Below are positions 39,732 through 52,668 of a stretch of 64,000 nt of DNA, piece by piece (the stretch's first letter is position 1; every line of letters starts with the position of its first letter). The stretch comes from Callorhinchus milii. Its lineage: Eukaryota. The translations under genes and the position numbers were made by a program. A model generated the notes under the pieces. It saw nothing but the letters and a program-made list of their open reading frames with translations, searched no databases and was not told the DNA's origin. Location of the stretch: the NCBI RefSeq assembly GCF_018977255.1, contig NW_024704743.1:85748001-85812000 (forward strand). Reading direction: 5' to 3'.

Positions 39732-40560
39732 TCATGGTGAAATATCCTGCATGCCATGGTATCAGCTGAACCTTCTGTTGCAGTCCATGTATATTGGGGA
39801 ACTTAGTGCACCCTCCAGTTGTTGAATACAAATTTAAGTTAGATAGACACTTTTGGTGATTCACTAAATCTAACAGTAAAAAAATGATTTAAGTTCATAA
39901 AAAGGAAAATGTTCTTTGTGGCACGTGACTGATAGAGGAGGGATAGCCCAGAGGTAACATTGTCATTAACTCCAGCACAAATTAGCATAGTCAAGGTCAA
40001 ATTGCACTATTTGTATACTATTTGTATACTATTTTATTACTTCTAGTAATATGATAAACTGGATGGTTGAGGTATTCTGGGGTATGGTGAAAGGAAGGGG
40101 CAATAAGATTAAAAGATCTGACAAGACCTGATAAACTGGTTGAACAGACTCGATGAGCTGAATGGCTTCCTATAGTTCCAGGTTTTCCTGTTTTAAAAGA
40201 AAATGTCAGCTCATAATGGCCTTTGCTGGCTTTTGAGATCAGGATTTATCCCCCCCTCCATTTTGTTCCTTTTTATCAAACTTTCTTAGCAAAATTTGTA
40301 CTGAATTGGTCAATTTCAATCACTAATTGTACATTGCTAATTAGCACAGAGGCTTCCAGTCACCTGCCACAAAGAACATTTTCCTTTTTATGAACTTAAA
40401 TAATTTTTTTACTGTTAGATTTAGTGAATCGCCAAAAGTGTCTATCTAACTTAAATTTGTATTCAATAACTGGAGGGTGCACTAAGTTCCCCAATATACA
40501 TGGACTGCAACAGAAGGTTCAGCTGATACCATGGTATGCAGGATATTTCACCATGATAGC
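39728..40560. repeat. Inverted repeat: 204-bp arms (39728-39931 and 40357-40560), 425-bp spacer
   Basis: Arms are reverse complements with about 5 substitutions and no indel seen. Confidence 0.97.
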
Positions 40561-41434
40561 GACTTCTGGCCATTCTATTACTCAGATGACAACACATAAT
40601 AATTCTCTTGTGGTTGTGTCATTTGTGAGTTATGGTTCTGACATACTCGCAAGAGGCTTGTCATAAATCACTGTCATCCAGCAGGATATTCTTTTCTTTC
40701 ATTAGTGCTGTGATGCTGGAGACGGTTGGAGACCCAGAGATGAGATGATGTTTGACAAGGTAAAGCAGTTTTGGCATGTTTATCCCTAATTGGATTTGTG
40801 TATGGTCTGGTTTGTTGTCTTTATTATGAATGTGATGCAACTGAAATGGACAAGGTCAATTGTGCAGGTGAAGTATTTCGCCAGTACACTAATGTTAAAA
40901 GTGGAAGTCAGTATCCTGTGAAGCGAGATCAAAAGCCATTATCCTCAGGTGGCAACCTCAACAGCCAGAGGCTATAGTTTGACTTGAGGCTAAAGTGCTG
41001 TGCCAAAGTTGGGATTGGGGAGGTATCTTTCCTTTAGTCAGGATTAATTATCAGCACAATTTTCAATGATGTGATACTTATGCCATTTAATAAGTATTAC
41101 TAATGATGAAGTTGCATTTTTGATCCCGAAATGATAAATGCATCTAATTATAAATCCAATAATGAGGAAGACACACTAAGGACCTGAGAGTATTAAAGCT
41201 TAAAATGTTATTCACATTTCTTCAACTTTTTCCTGTTTACATTTGTCACATGATTTGGTAACACTGAATAATTTAGCATAACCCAAAGGGAGGCAATGAT
41301 TTTCTTTCACTGCATTAGCATAATCTTGGAAGCCCACATTCTGAAACTTCACAGAGATTCACAAAGAAAATGAGCACTGTAATCTTCCATCATTCCCAAT
41401 GGCTAAAATAGTCGTTCGGAAGGGGAATTAATAT

Positions 41435-42200
41435 ACACCAACAACTTGCATATAGATAGTGCCCTTTATGAAGGATAACATCTCAAAGCACTTCACAATG
41501 GTTTGATAAGACGTCAAATAAGGGAGAGTTAGAGTGGTGAAGGAAGAGGTGCCCATAGGCATGGTCAGAGAGATAAGTTTTAAGGCAGGATATAAAGACA
41601 GATAGAGAGGGGTCAAGGCAGAGGTTAGGAATGTAGAGGCTGATGTCTCGGCCACTGATGGTTGTGCGGAGGGCAGGGGATGTGCGTAAGCCCGGGTTAG
41701 CTGAGTGGACAGGGCGAGCATAGGAGTGGGGTAGAAGAAGATCACAGAGGTAGTGAGAGGCTAGGGCGTGAAGGGATTTATAGGTGAGGGTGAGGACCTT
41801 GAATTCAATTTGTTGTCAGACAGAGCATCAGTGGAGTTTGGAGAGGATTGGGTAATAGACATGGTGCGAGTGAGCTTGCGGGATGACAGATGTAGCTGGA
41901 GTTTATGGATGGTAGAACTGGGTTGATGAGAGAGAAGTGTATTTGAAACGTCTAGGTGGGAAATAACAAAGAAAGGTGTGAATAAGGGTTTCCTGGTCTA
42001 GTGGCAGATGCAGGCAATGTGGCAGGTGAAAAAAATCAGCCTTGGGCAGGAAGGGAGAAAGGCTCAGCTCATACTGGATGCCAGTTGCACACTGGTTTGG
42101 TGAGTGTGAGAGAGAGAGAGAGAGAGAGAGGCTAGGGAATTTGATAGGTCAGAGCCGGAAATAAGAAAATGTTGGCAGGAGCCAAGAAGAACATCTTCCA
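41435..42200 (-). mobile_element. Old L2 3' fragment with an internal (GA)n tract near 42108-42130
   Basis: caacaacttgcatatagatagtgccc tail; ggtgaggaccttgaattcaat (IEFKVLT reversed). Confidence 0.8.
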
Positions 42201-43202
42201 TGCAGAAGAAGCATACATTGAAAACAGTTTCATACAGAAGAAGACTATAGAGAAAGACGTGTGGATGAACAGACTGCACTAAATGTTAGCCTGGAAATTC
42301 TGAATATTCTTGCCTCTGAGCAGAAGGTTGTGCTCACTCATAGTCTCATCTGACATTAATGTGTGTGAACGTTTGGATGAGATGTTAAACTAAGGTCAAA
42401 TAATGATAATAATAATCCTTGCACTACAAATTGACTATCACTTTTACCTGCAAAACAATCACTTCATTGCAAAGTAATTGCTGTAAAGCATATTTGGGGG
42501 ATAAAGCTGTAAAAATGTAAGTATTTTCACTTTCTTTTCAATATTTTGGCACATTTGCTCAGATATAAGGGGATTTTTCATTTGCAAAAGAAACTGTGGT
42601 TAAATCCTATAATGACCACCTCAGACCAATTTATTTGAACAAATATTCTGCTTCACAGCACTAATCCTTTGAGCTTGTATTGCAAGCTTGTCAGTCAACA
42701 AAATATTTCTCATCAGTGTGGCCAATCACAGTCAAGAAGATTTGTTTTGTCCGTCAAGGGGCTACCCTCTGGTTTATCTGGCTTGAATGTTGCTGTTCAT
42801 TAGGGTTTGGGCTTCAGTAACCAAATGAGAAAAATCCAATCCCCCAGTAATCCTACAAACCCTCTCCCACTGTGCTAGGCAGGTTGTTTCAATCATCCAC
42901 ACTGTTTAGAAGACTCTGAGGATAGTGAACTACTTCTAATTCTATTGGTGATATTGAGCCGGGCGATGTGATTAAATTGATTTCTGTTTGCTTGAGATAA
43001 ATAACTTGAACAAATTCAAGTGGTTGTATAGAATTAAAAAATGGTATTCGACTTGTTTTGATAAAATGATTCATCAGTATGCTATTCAGTGCACTGTAGA
43101 AACCAATATGATAGACAGTTCTGTGCACTGTTGAAGATTACAAGAGAAGTTCATATGAAGAAGATCTTTTGGTACACTTGATCTCATATTTTCACTGTTT
43201 GT

Positions 43203-43712
43203 GGCAGGCTGGCTCAATTAGTAGCACTTTTGGCTTTGAGTTGGAGGGTTGTGGTTTCAAACCCCACAGTGGGTCTTTGAACTGATAGACTCGGCTGATG
43301 CTCCAATGCAGTGCTGGTGCTGACCTGCATTGTTGGAGGTGCCATCCTTCAGATCAAATGTGAAACCGCGCCTTGGGACGTCCTCCCGACATGAAAGGTG
43401 CTCTATAAATGGAATCTTGTTGTTGTTGTTGTTGTTGTTGAGATCCTGGCTGCCTGTTCAGGTGCACGTTAAAGACCACATGGCACAATTTGAAAAGAGA
43501 AGGGAGTTTCTCCTGGAGTCCTGGCCAACAAAATCCTCCAGATAAAATTGATCATTCTCTTCAATAGCTGTTTGTAGGGCACTGCTATATGGGAAATTGT
43601 ATGCCATAGTTGCCTACAAAATATACTGCACTTTAGAATAATTTTTGTCAAGCATTTTGAGATGTGCCGACGTGAAGGCGATATCTCAAATGCAAAGGTT
43701 ATTATTATTGTA
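43203..43712 (+). mobile_element. Deu-SINE interrupted by a ~73-bp L2 tail (43368-43440)
   Basis: SINE core resumes after (TTG)n. Confidence 0.87.
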
Positions 43713-44685
43713 ATATTATAATACCCATTGCAGGAATAAGCCATTTACAAATGAATTCAGAATGCTAGCTTCAACACTCCTCCTGTTATGTCACTCTTCT
43801 GTGCAAATAAATACCTCCTGGCATCTATCCAAACGTTTTTCCAAATTAGAGGCTGCATACGATATTTTGTTAAGAAATCAAAATGACCAAATAAAGAAGG
43901 AGTCTGGTTCTTCAAGTGACCAGAAGTATGTCACGCCAGCATTCCCTGGGTTGACAGGCATTTTAATGATAATATAATCCCATTTAGAAATATTGCAAAG
44001 TGTGAATTTGATCTCATAACACACTCTTTCTAATTCTATTGCAAGACTTTGGTTACCTACAGAAGAGGAAAGAATGCTACATAAAAATAGTGGGAAAATT
44101 GCATTCAGTGGATGTTAACAAATTAAAATTGGAGAATAAAATATTTATTTTGATCAGAATGGAAAACAAATCTTACTGTGTGAATTGAATCAATAACCAT
44201 TTTCAATTACTTTATGGCTACTTGTGAAACTATTCCATCTTTAACTTCAGACTTTGCAGACAGTGATCATAAATTGGAAGTTGCTGCCAGTTTCAAAGCC
44301 ATCTGTTAAAATACAGTCATATTAAGGTAGCTCCATTTTTGGCAGCTGCAATCTGAAAGTGATTTTCTGTCAGATCAGTGGAACAGTGTGTCAGTTCATG
44401 AAGGAACCGTCACAATGGCTTCATGCCTGGGAAATTCCTCATGTGGTGAGTTCCTGACCAGAGTTGGACCTTAGGGAGATGCAACAGGTAGATGAGAAAT
44501 ATTTCTCCACAAAAAGGGAAGTAGGTTCAGAGAGAGAGAGTCTCTGCCCGATCCTTGTATACCTTGTGACACCAAACTTGAGAGTAGCATAGATGAATGG
44601 ACAACAACAACAACTTGCATTTATATAATGCTCTTTTCACACACGCAGCATTTCAGAGAGCTTAGGACAGATTAGTGGCATCACT

Positions 44686-44825
44686 GTCTCTCTCACACAC
44701 TCACTCTCACACACACTCGCTCTCTCACTCCCTCACATACACACACACACACATGCTCTCTCTCTCTCTCTCCCTCACACACACCCTCTCTTTCATACAA
44801 TTTCACACACACTCTCTCACACACC
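44686..44825. repeat. Compound (CA)n/(CT)n microsatellite
   Basis: Direct reading. Confidence 0.92.
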
Positions 44826-45429
44826 ACATCCAGTGGTGCACAGTGGATGATTGGAACAGCGGACGCAGGAAGCGGAAAGAGAAGAGGCAAGAATAATCGC
44901 AGGGAATGGTGAACAAAGAATACAACTGAAAAGCCAATATAATTGGGCCTTTATAGCTTAACTTTTATTTTTGACATTGTTTTATCTTGCCTGTTTCATC
45001 AGATGAATTCCCCGTCAGGGATCTGTTGCAGTGTGTTTATGCAATTTAATCAGAGAAATAATTTACCTGGAACCTTTGTCTGACAAGTGAAATAATTAAA
45101 CAATCATCCATCTTCAGACTCATGCTGGAACCAAATTAAAATAATAAATAACAATCTTGAATGTCTGTTCAATAGAGGCAAATGTCATTTACAACAGTTC
45201 CTCATTCAAGAAGTGTCACTAAATGTAATTAAATGTTTTGTTTTAAGGAAGAAGGAAATGTAAAAGAAACGTGAAAAAAAAGTAAAAAAAGAGGAAGCAC
45301 AGCAGAATTATAATGTTAAGGCAGTTGCAAAGAAGAAATTAAAAGGATTGCAGCAGAATGCAAGGTATCTCAGTTATTTGAGTACCAGAAGATTCTGAGT
45401 TGAAATCCACTCACCTTTCTGATGATTAA

Positions 45430-45800
45430 TTAATAATAAGTCTTATATGTAACACAGTGCCTTAATGATGTCGTTGAAATATGAAGACAGACGTGCTTCA
45501 AAGGATTTACTGTAGGATGTAGTGACTCTGTATTTGTAGGTGAACGGAGTAACCAAGCAAAATTCCAAAAACAGCCATAAATTGAATGACCAATTTTATC
45601 TGGGGGATTGTTGGCCAGGATACCAGGTGAAACTCCCTTCTCTTTTTGAATAGTGGCTTTGGATCTTTAATGCCCATCACAATAGGCACAGACAAGACTG
45701 TGGTTTATCGTCTTATCTGAAAGACAGCGACTCTAGCAAGGCAGCTCATCCCCAGCACTGCAGAGTGTCAGCTGAGACAGAGAGTTCAAAGTCCCCAAGT
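45430..45800 (-). mobile_element. Deu-SINE
   Basis: ttggccaggataccaggtgaaactcccttctctttttgaatagtg is the reversed core. Confidence 0.8.
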
Positions 45801-45828
45801 GGCACAATTTGTTGTTTGTTGTTGCGGT

Positions 45829-46595
45829 TGTAGGATTCTATCATTAATGTGTTAAATAATATCTCAAATTATATTTGCGATGTTTATATTTTTAAGACTT
45901 ATAATCAAATTCATAAGTTATGATGGGAGCTGATTGTGACTAGCTTCGTAGAAGGTCCTTTCTTCAGGATGAGAAACAAAAGACTGTTTATAAACAACAA
46001 ACTGTTTTCATTCTTTATCAATCATTTTCTCATGAGAAAAATTGGACTGCAGATGTTTTAACATGGGAGAGAAAGCTATGTTGCATTTTTTTTTACAAAA
46101 GAATCATCTTGCAAAAGACAATAGGTGAAAGGTCACCTAACCAATGTATAAATGGAGTTCGATTTGAAAAGAGAATCAGAACAAAGAATTGGGAAGAGGA
46201 AAACCATCGCAAACCGTATTCCAGCTTCTCAAGAAGGAAGATCAAGACTATGATTTAAACAACAGTTAACATCAAAATAATAACTGGATACTTTTGAGTG
46301 ATCGAACTGGGAACCGTACAACAATACTTGAATACCTTTTGATGGACATTAAAAAGGACACATTAAAATGGTCATTAAACTGGACATTTCTCCTCTATCT
46401 CTCTATCTCTTCTGCGGCATTTGGTTTGATCAACTTAAATCATTGTGAACTGTATGCGGATGCGTAAGCATTATTGTGATGTATTCTTTTAATTAATTAT
46501 AACCATTATTAATCTGAGTAAACCTTGATTAATTGCATAACATTTATGTCAGTCCTTCCTTCACCACAGGGTCACAAATTTAACTAACCCTTACA
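45829..46595 (+). mobile_element. Solo LTR (767 bp) with 4-bp target-site duplication CGGT
   Basis: cggt-TGTA...TACA-cggt; internal ccaat/gtataaa and agtaaa; 3' end homologous to 60086-60750. Confidence 0.78.
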
Positions 46596-47694
46596 CGGTG
46601 ACTATCATCCTTTGGGGAGAGGGAAGCATGGGCTTCTTGGAACTGAAATGGCTCCATGGTGAAATGCTTGGAATTGAGTCAATCCTCTGTGGTGTTCTCA
46701 GTTGTCTGTTTCCTGAGTCAAATGGGTATGCAGAACTCCAGAGCACTGCTCATTGGCAGGATGTGGAGGAGCAGATGGGACACTGGGAGCAGGGATTATT
46801 TCCACTCAGCTCCTGTTGACTCTGCCAGCTAAAGCCCTAAGGTGGTCCTACCTGGACAGCAGTGGTAATGCACAAACTCCTGACTCGAGGTGAGAGTGCT
46901 ATTAACTGAGCCAGGCTGTCACCTATGGTACCATATAGTAAATAAGTATCATATCAGGTTTATTTATGGTCTGTCGGGTGTTTGACACAAACAGAACATC
47001 ATCATATTTAAGTATCAAACCAAACTGAGAGTTCCACAGATGCAATGTTGTCTAAGCATTGGAAGTTTCCTGTGAATGGAATGTGCACTCTCACCCTGGA
47101 AGTATGCACCCTGTTTACCTATTTCCAGGTGGGGGATGTGAAGCAGGCTGGAGCCCGTTGAGCAGAGAGAGCAAACAGGATGGTAGGGAGGCTTAAGAGG
47201 TCAGAAAGGTAGGCAAGACCCCAGATTGTGTGCTGCTGGTAAATGCTAGAGTTTAACCAGCTCAAATCATGCAGCTTGCTATTGCAAACACTGTTAAGCA
47301 CTCTCCACTGCTTGTCCATGCTCAGAAGCAAGGTTTCCCTCAGGTTGAATTGGTACCAAGTAGATGGGCCAGCAGGTCTGGATCAACAAATACACTATTG
47401 GTGATTCACCAGCCTCTGTCTGCCACACCAATGAAGCTTAGAGGTGTAGACAAGTCCTTAACTGTGCACAGCCAAAATCTGCGTGGAGATTAAAGTCATA
47501 GATGGACAACTGTAGTTAAATTTGTTTGGTGAAGTGTTAAACTGAGATTCTGACTACTGTTTCAAGTGCACAGTAAGGATCTCATCAAAGTATTTTGAAG
47601 AGGAGAAGAGTTCCCCCAGTATTCTATTCAAAACGTGTCACTCATACAAATTCACTAAAAGAGGTTCATTTTGCTTATTCATCCAATTATAATG

Positions 47695-48770
47695 CAATAC
47701 AAAATTACATTCGTATAATGCCTTTCAAGTCGGGAGGATGTCCCAAGGCGTTGGACAGTCAGAGGTTTGGGGTTTGGAATTGGAGAAGGTGGAGGGCAGG
47801 GAGGTAGGAGGGTACCCAAAGGCTTAGTCGAAGAGGAGGGTTTTGAGATGCGCCTTGAAAGAGGCAAGGAAGCAGTGAGGCAAAGGTAATCTGGGATGGA
47901 GTTCCATAGGGTGGGGCAGAAAGTCTGAAGGCCCAACAGTCGGTGGTGGGGCGGGCCGGGCAGGGAACATGGATCAGACTACATGCTGCTGAGCAAAGGG
48001 AGCAGACAGGTTGATATGGGGTCAGCAGATAGCAGAGGTAGGGAGGAGAAGGCCATGAAGGGCCTTGAAGGCGAGGACAAGGATTTTAAACTCTATCCTC
48101 TGGGAGATGGGGAGCTAGTGGAGCCGGGCAAGAATGGGGGTGATGGGGTCACAAGCCTGGTGCAGAAGAGGACACGAGCTGCAGAATTATGGATGATCTG
48201 CTGCTTGTGGAAGGAAGAGTTGGGAAGGCTGACAAGCAGGGAGTTGGTGTAGTTGAGCCTAGATGTGATGAATGCATGGATGAAGGTTTCGGTGGCCTGA
48301 AAGTTGAGGCAATGGCAGAGTCGGGCGATGTTGTGGAGGTGGGGGAAGGCAGAGTGGGTCAGGGCATGGATGTGGTGTAGAAAGGACAGTTGCGGGTCAA
48401 ACAACTTGGCAAGATTCTGGACTGGCTCAATGAGGTGGAGTTGCATCCTTGGATGGTGATGCCGTCGAGTGCCTGAGGTGTGGAGGCACTGACGGGAGCC
48501 AATCACGAGAGCCTCAGTCTTGTTGACTTTCAACAGTAGAAAGTTAGCTCTCATCCAGGACTTGATGTCTGATAGACATTCTGTCTGGACAACAGTGGTC
48601 CTGGATTCAAGGGTGGAGACCGAGAGATAGAGTTGGGTGTCATCCGCATACATGTGGAAGGTGACCCGATGTCTGCGGATGATGTCACCAAGAGGGAGCA
48701 TGTAGATATTGAAGAGGATGGGATCAAGGATAGAGCCCTGAGGAACGCCGCATGAGATGGTGCGGGGGGC
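47695..48770 (-). mobile_element. L2-clade LINE, 5'-truncated RT fragment
   Basis: [20 protein letters not shown] and [14 protein letters not shown]2 tail. Confidence 0.92.
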
Positions 48771-49027
48771 TAGAAACTTTGCTTTTATAAACAGTAAAAG
48801 CAAAGTTCCTCAATGCTAATGAACTTTGAATCATACACCCATTGAGTGAAGCGATTTGAGATTTTTCAACATCAAGGGGTGCCATATCAAATGTAAGAAT
48901 TGGAAGTTTTATTTAAAAATTACTACTTGGGTAAGATAGCAGCAGACAGTGATGGTGCGTGAAGGATCTTGGAAACAGGAAGAGAAAATAGCAATATACA
49001 ATTATCACAGGTGCTTTCGCATCTTCT

Positions 49028-50220
49028 TCCATATACTACTAAAGATGAAATATCTGTCTGTCTGTCCGCTAAGACGCAATATCCGATTAATGTAGAGACA
49101 TGATTTATACCTCATCGGAAAGGTCTTGTATGGGGGAATGTCATGGGCATATTTATTTTGGGGGGATCTCCTACCGTTGATGAAAAAATATATTAAGAAA
49201 TGCTTTAATGAAGCCCTAAAAAGGTATGTATGTTATTCTGCAACAAAGTAGGGATAGAGGTCACACACCATTCCAGAGAGATATATCTATACTAATAAGG
49301 ACAAAATGTCTAACCGATTGATGTAGAGACATCATTTATATCTCACTGGAAAGGCTTTGAATGGAGTAGTATCATGGATATATTTTTGTGGGGGGGGATC
49401 TCCTATGGTGACCTAAACAAGCTCATCAGACATTTATGGACTCCAACAAGGAGTCCTCCCAGCCAGGAGTCCTCCCACAGGAATCCTCTCACTGAGACCT
49501 CCCACTGATTTCTCCCACAGGAGTCTTCCCAAAAGAATATGTGTGCAAATATGTGAACAAGAGATGCTAACAAGGTCAGTAGCACATTTTCTTAATCTTA
49601 AGGAATAAAAATGCCTAAGAAGCGAAGATCAAGCCTTTCAAGGACAAATAAAAATTCCAGTCGAAAGAGAGAAGGCTGATTAAATGAAACTGGTTGCAAC
49701 CGTGAGTTTGTCTATCCGCCAAGAACGCAATAACCGATTGTCGTAGAGACATAATGCAAGACAGAGTGGTCTTGCAACTGGGGTGTCATAGGCATTTTTT
49801 TTGGGTGGATCTCCTATCGTTGATGAGCTATATTTAAAAAATGCTTTAATTCATTCCCAAAGTATGAGGTATGCATGGTATTCTGCAACAAAGTAGTGAC
49901 AGAGGAAATCACACACCCTTCTAGAGAGATACATCTATACTAATATATTCTGCAGCAAAGTAGTGACAGAGGAAAGCTATAACCCAAACAAGTTCATCAC
50001 AAATGCAAGTACTTCAACAATGGAACCTCCCAACAGGAGTCCTTCCACAGAAGTCCTCCCAAAAGGAGTCCTACCAAAGGAGTTCTCCCAGCTGAGTATA
50101 CATAAAGATGAAATGCCTGGCTGTTTGTCTGTCTGTGTGTCAATCTACAATCCATATTGGATCGTCTGGTTGCAAGCAAAGCTCAAGAGATACAACTGGT
50201 CCTTTATAAATGTGGTCTGG
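49028..50220 (+). mobile_element. Complex tandem array of Helitron-like 5' ends with interleaved aggagtcctccc repeats
   Basis: tctatactaat at 49286 and 49934, variants at 49028 and ~50097, two followed by (ctgt)n; ccgatt..tgtagagaca and ggatctccta blocks occur three times. Confidence 0.55.
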
Positions 50221-50529
50221 ACAGCAATAACTGAAAATGGCTTGCGTATGTGATGGCCCCCTTTTACCCCCAAATTTATGACAATGGTTGAGGCTGAAAC
50301 TATCCAGGGAAGCCATGGATTTTTAGCTTCAATTTTCACCCCAAGGAGGGAACAGAAAAATGTGGTAAAGCAATAAAACCCTGAGTTTAGTATTTTACCC
50401 CACTTATAATAAATGGGGTAAAATACTGAAAGTTAAATGAGATCTGATTAATGAATAATTCTCTCAGTAGCTCACAATGCTATTTTACAACAATAAACAC
50501 CTTTCAACTTTCATTTATATAATGACTTT

Positions 50530-52260
50530 AAGAACATAAGAACATAAGAATTAGGAGAAGGAGTAGCCATTCGGCCCCTCGAGCCTGCCCAGCCATTCGA
50601 TAAGATCATGGCTGATCTTCAGACCTAACTCTAATTACCTGCCCTATCCCCATATCCCCTAATCCCTCTGTTTTTTAAAAATCTATCAGTCTCAGCCTTG
50701 AAGATGTTCAAGGACTGAGCATCTACAGCCTTCTGGGGTAGTGAATTCCATAAATTCACTACCCTCTGAGTGAAGAAATGTTTCCTCAACTCTGTTCTAA
50801 AAGGCTGACCCTTAATTTTAAGACTGTGACCCCTGGTTATAGATTCTCCTACCAGGGGAAACAGACCCTCAGTGTCAACTTTATCAGCCCTTTAAGAATC
50901 TTATATGCTTCAATAAGATCTCCCCTAATTCTTCTATACGCTAGAGAATACAGCCCTAGTTTATTCAGCCTATCCTCATAGGTCAGTCCCCTCATCCCAG
51001 GAACTAACCGAGTGAATCTACGCTGCACCCCCTCAAGGGCAAGTATGTCCTTTTTTAAATAAGCAGACCAAAACTGCACACAATACTCTAGGTGCGGTCT
51101 CACCAAGGCCCTATACAGTTGCAGCAAGACTTCCCTACTCTTGTACTCTAAACCTTTTGCAATGAACACTAACATGCCGTTCGCCTTTTTAGTTGCTTGC
51201 TGCACCTGCAAACTAACTTTTTGAGACTGGTGTACAAGGACACCCAAATCCCTCTGCACACTAACACTATCTAATCTCTCCCCCTCTAGAAAATAATCTG
51301 TTTTTCTATTTTTTCTACCTAGGTGAATAACTTCACACTTTCCCACATTAAATTCCATCTGCCACCTGCTCGCCCACTCCCCTAGCCTATCTATATCCCG
51401 TTGCAATCTTTTTGCATCATCCTCAGAGCTTACTCTCCCACCTAGTTTAGTGTCATCCGCGAATTTAGATACGTTACATTCAATGTCCTCGTCTAGATCA
51501 TTGATGTAAATTGTAAATAGCTGAGGCCCAAGCACTGATCCTTGTGGCACTCCACTAGTCACATCCTGCCAATTCGAGAATGACCCGTTTATCCCTACTC
51601 TCTGTTTTCTACCCGTTAGCCACTCTTCAATCCATGCTAATATGTTTCCATTAATCCCATTGGCCTAAACGTTGTGCAATAGCCTTTTGTGTGGCACTTT
51701 GTCAAATGCCTTTTTAAAATCTAAATATACTATATCAACTGTTTCCCCCCTATCTAACCTGCTAGATACATCTTCAAAAAACTCTAAAAGATTAGTTAAG
51801 CATGACTTCCCTTTTGTGAAGCCATGTTGACTCTGCCTAATCTTGTTATGGTCTTCCAGGAATCCCATAACGACATCTTTAATTAAGGACTCAAGAATTT
51901 TCCCTACCACTGATGTCAGACTAACTGATCTATAGTTCCCCATCTTTTCTCTCCCACCCTTCTTAAACAGTGGTGTCACGTTTGCAATCTTCCAATCAAT
52001 GAGAACCGTTCCAGAATCCAGAGAATATTGGAAGATCAAAGACAAGCCATCCACTATCTCAGTAGCCACCTCTTTTAAACCCCTAGGATGTAGGCCATCA
52101 GGTCCAGGAGATTTATCAGTTTTAAGACCTGATAATTTACCTAAAACCATTTCTTTACTAATATTAATTCCTCCAAGTTGCTCGCTAACATTTTCTTCTT
52201 GTTTCCCCTCTATTCTTGGTAGTTTTTCAGTGTCTTCTAAGGTGAAGACAGTAGCAAGGT
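50530..52260 (-). mobile_element. CR1-clade LINE, 1.73 kb, 5'-truncated, frameshifted RT; best-preserved LINE in the window
   Basis: [42 protein letters not shown] and LEYCVQFW; (TTCTTATG)n tail; acttt on both flanks. Confidence 0.96.
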
Positions 52261-52399
52261 ACTTTCACATAGAGTAACATGTCAAATGATTTTATAGAGA
52301 TTCTGCATAGTTTACTGTACAGTGTAATGAATGTGCATTTTGCAAGCAAACATTTTACCTTGCTTCCAAGCAGGGAGGGGTGGATAGTTTTGGTTGGGT

Positions 52400-52525
52400 A
52401 TGCCGGGTGTCTGACATCTGCAGAAACTCATCACCATGCTTAGGAGTATTCAAACCAGACTGAGGGTCCAACATATGTATGCCACCTATGCATAGAAATT
52501 TCCCTGTGTCTGGAATGAGATACAT
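52400..52525. repeat. Unclassified interspersed repeat, copy 2 of 3
   Basis: tgcagaaactcatcaccatgcttaggagtattcaaaccagactgag versus 5165 tgcagaaacccatcaccttgcttaagagtatctaaaccagactgag. Confidence 0.7.
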
Positions 52526-52577
52526 TTTCATAGGTAGGTGACGATAGGCATAGTCAAAGAGGTTGGCTTTCATTCTA

Positions 52578-52668
52578 CAACAACAACAAAACAACAACAC
52601 AACAACAACAACAACAAAATTACATTTATAGAGCGTCTTACACGTCGGGAGGACGTCCCAAGGCGCTG
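52578..52668 (-). mobile_element. Very short L2 tail insertion with 6-bp TSD attcta
   Basis: attcta at 52572-52577 and 52669-52674. Confidence 0.85.

Noticed and set aside
39728..40560. Inverted arms as TIRs of a DNA transposon
   Set aside because: No TSD outside the arms, the left arm fuses directly into a SINE head, and the spacer contains ordinary CR1 remnants.
45938..45970. Minus-strand hammerhead-like CTGAAGA...CGAAG motif
   Set aside because: GAAA core is broken and helix II is poor; it lies inside the LTR.
50849..52150. Active reverse transcriptase gene
   Set aside because: 5'-truncated, no endonuclease or promoter, split by frameshifts.
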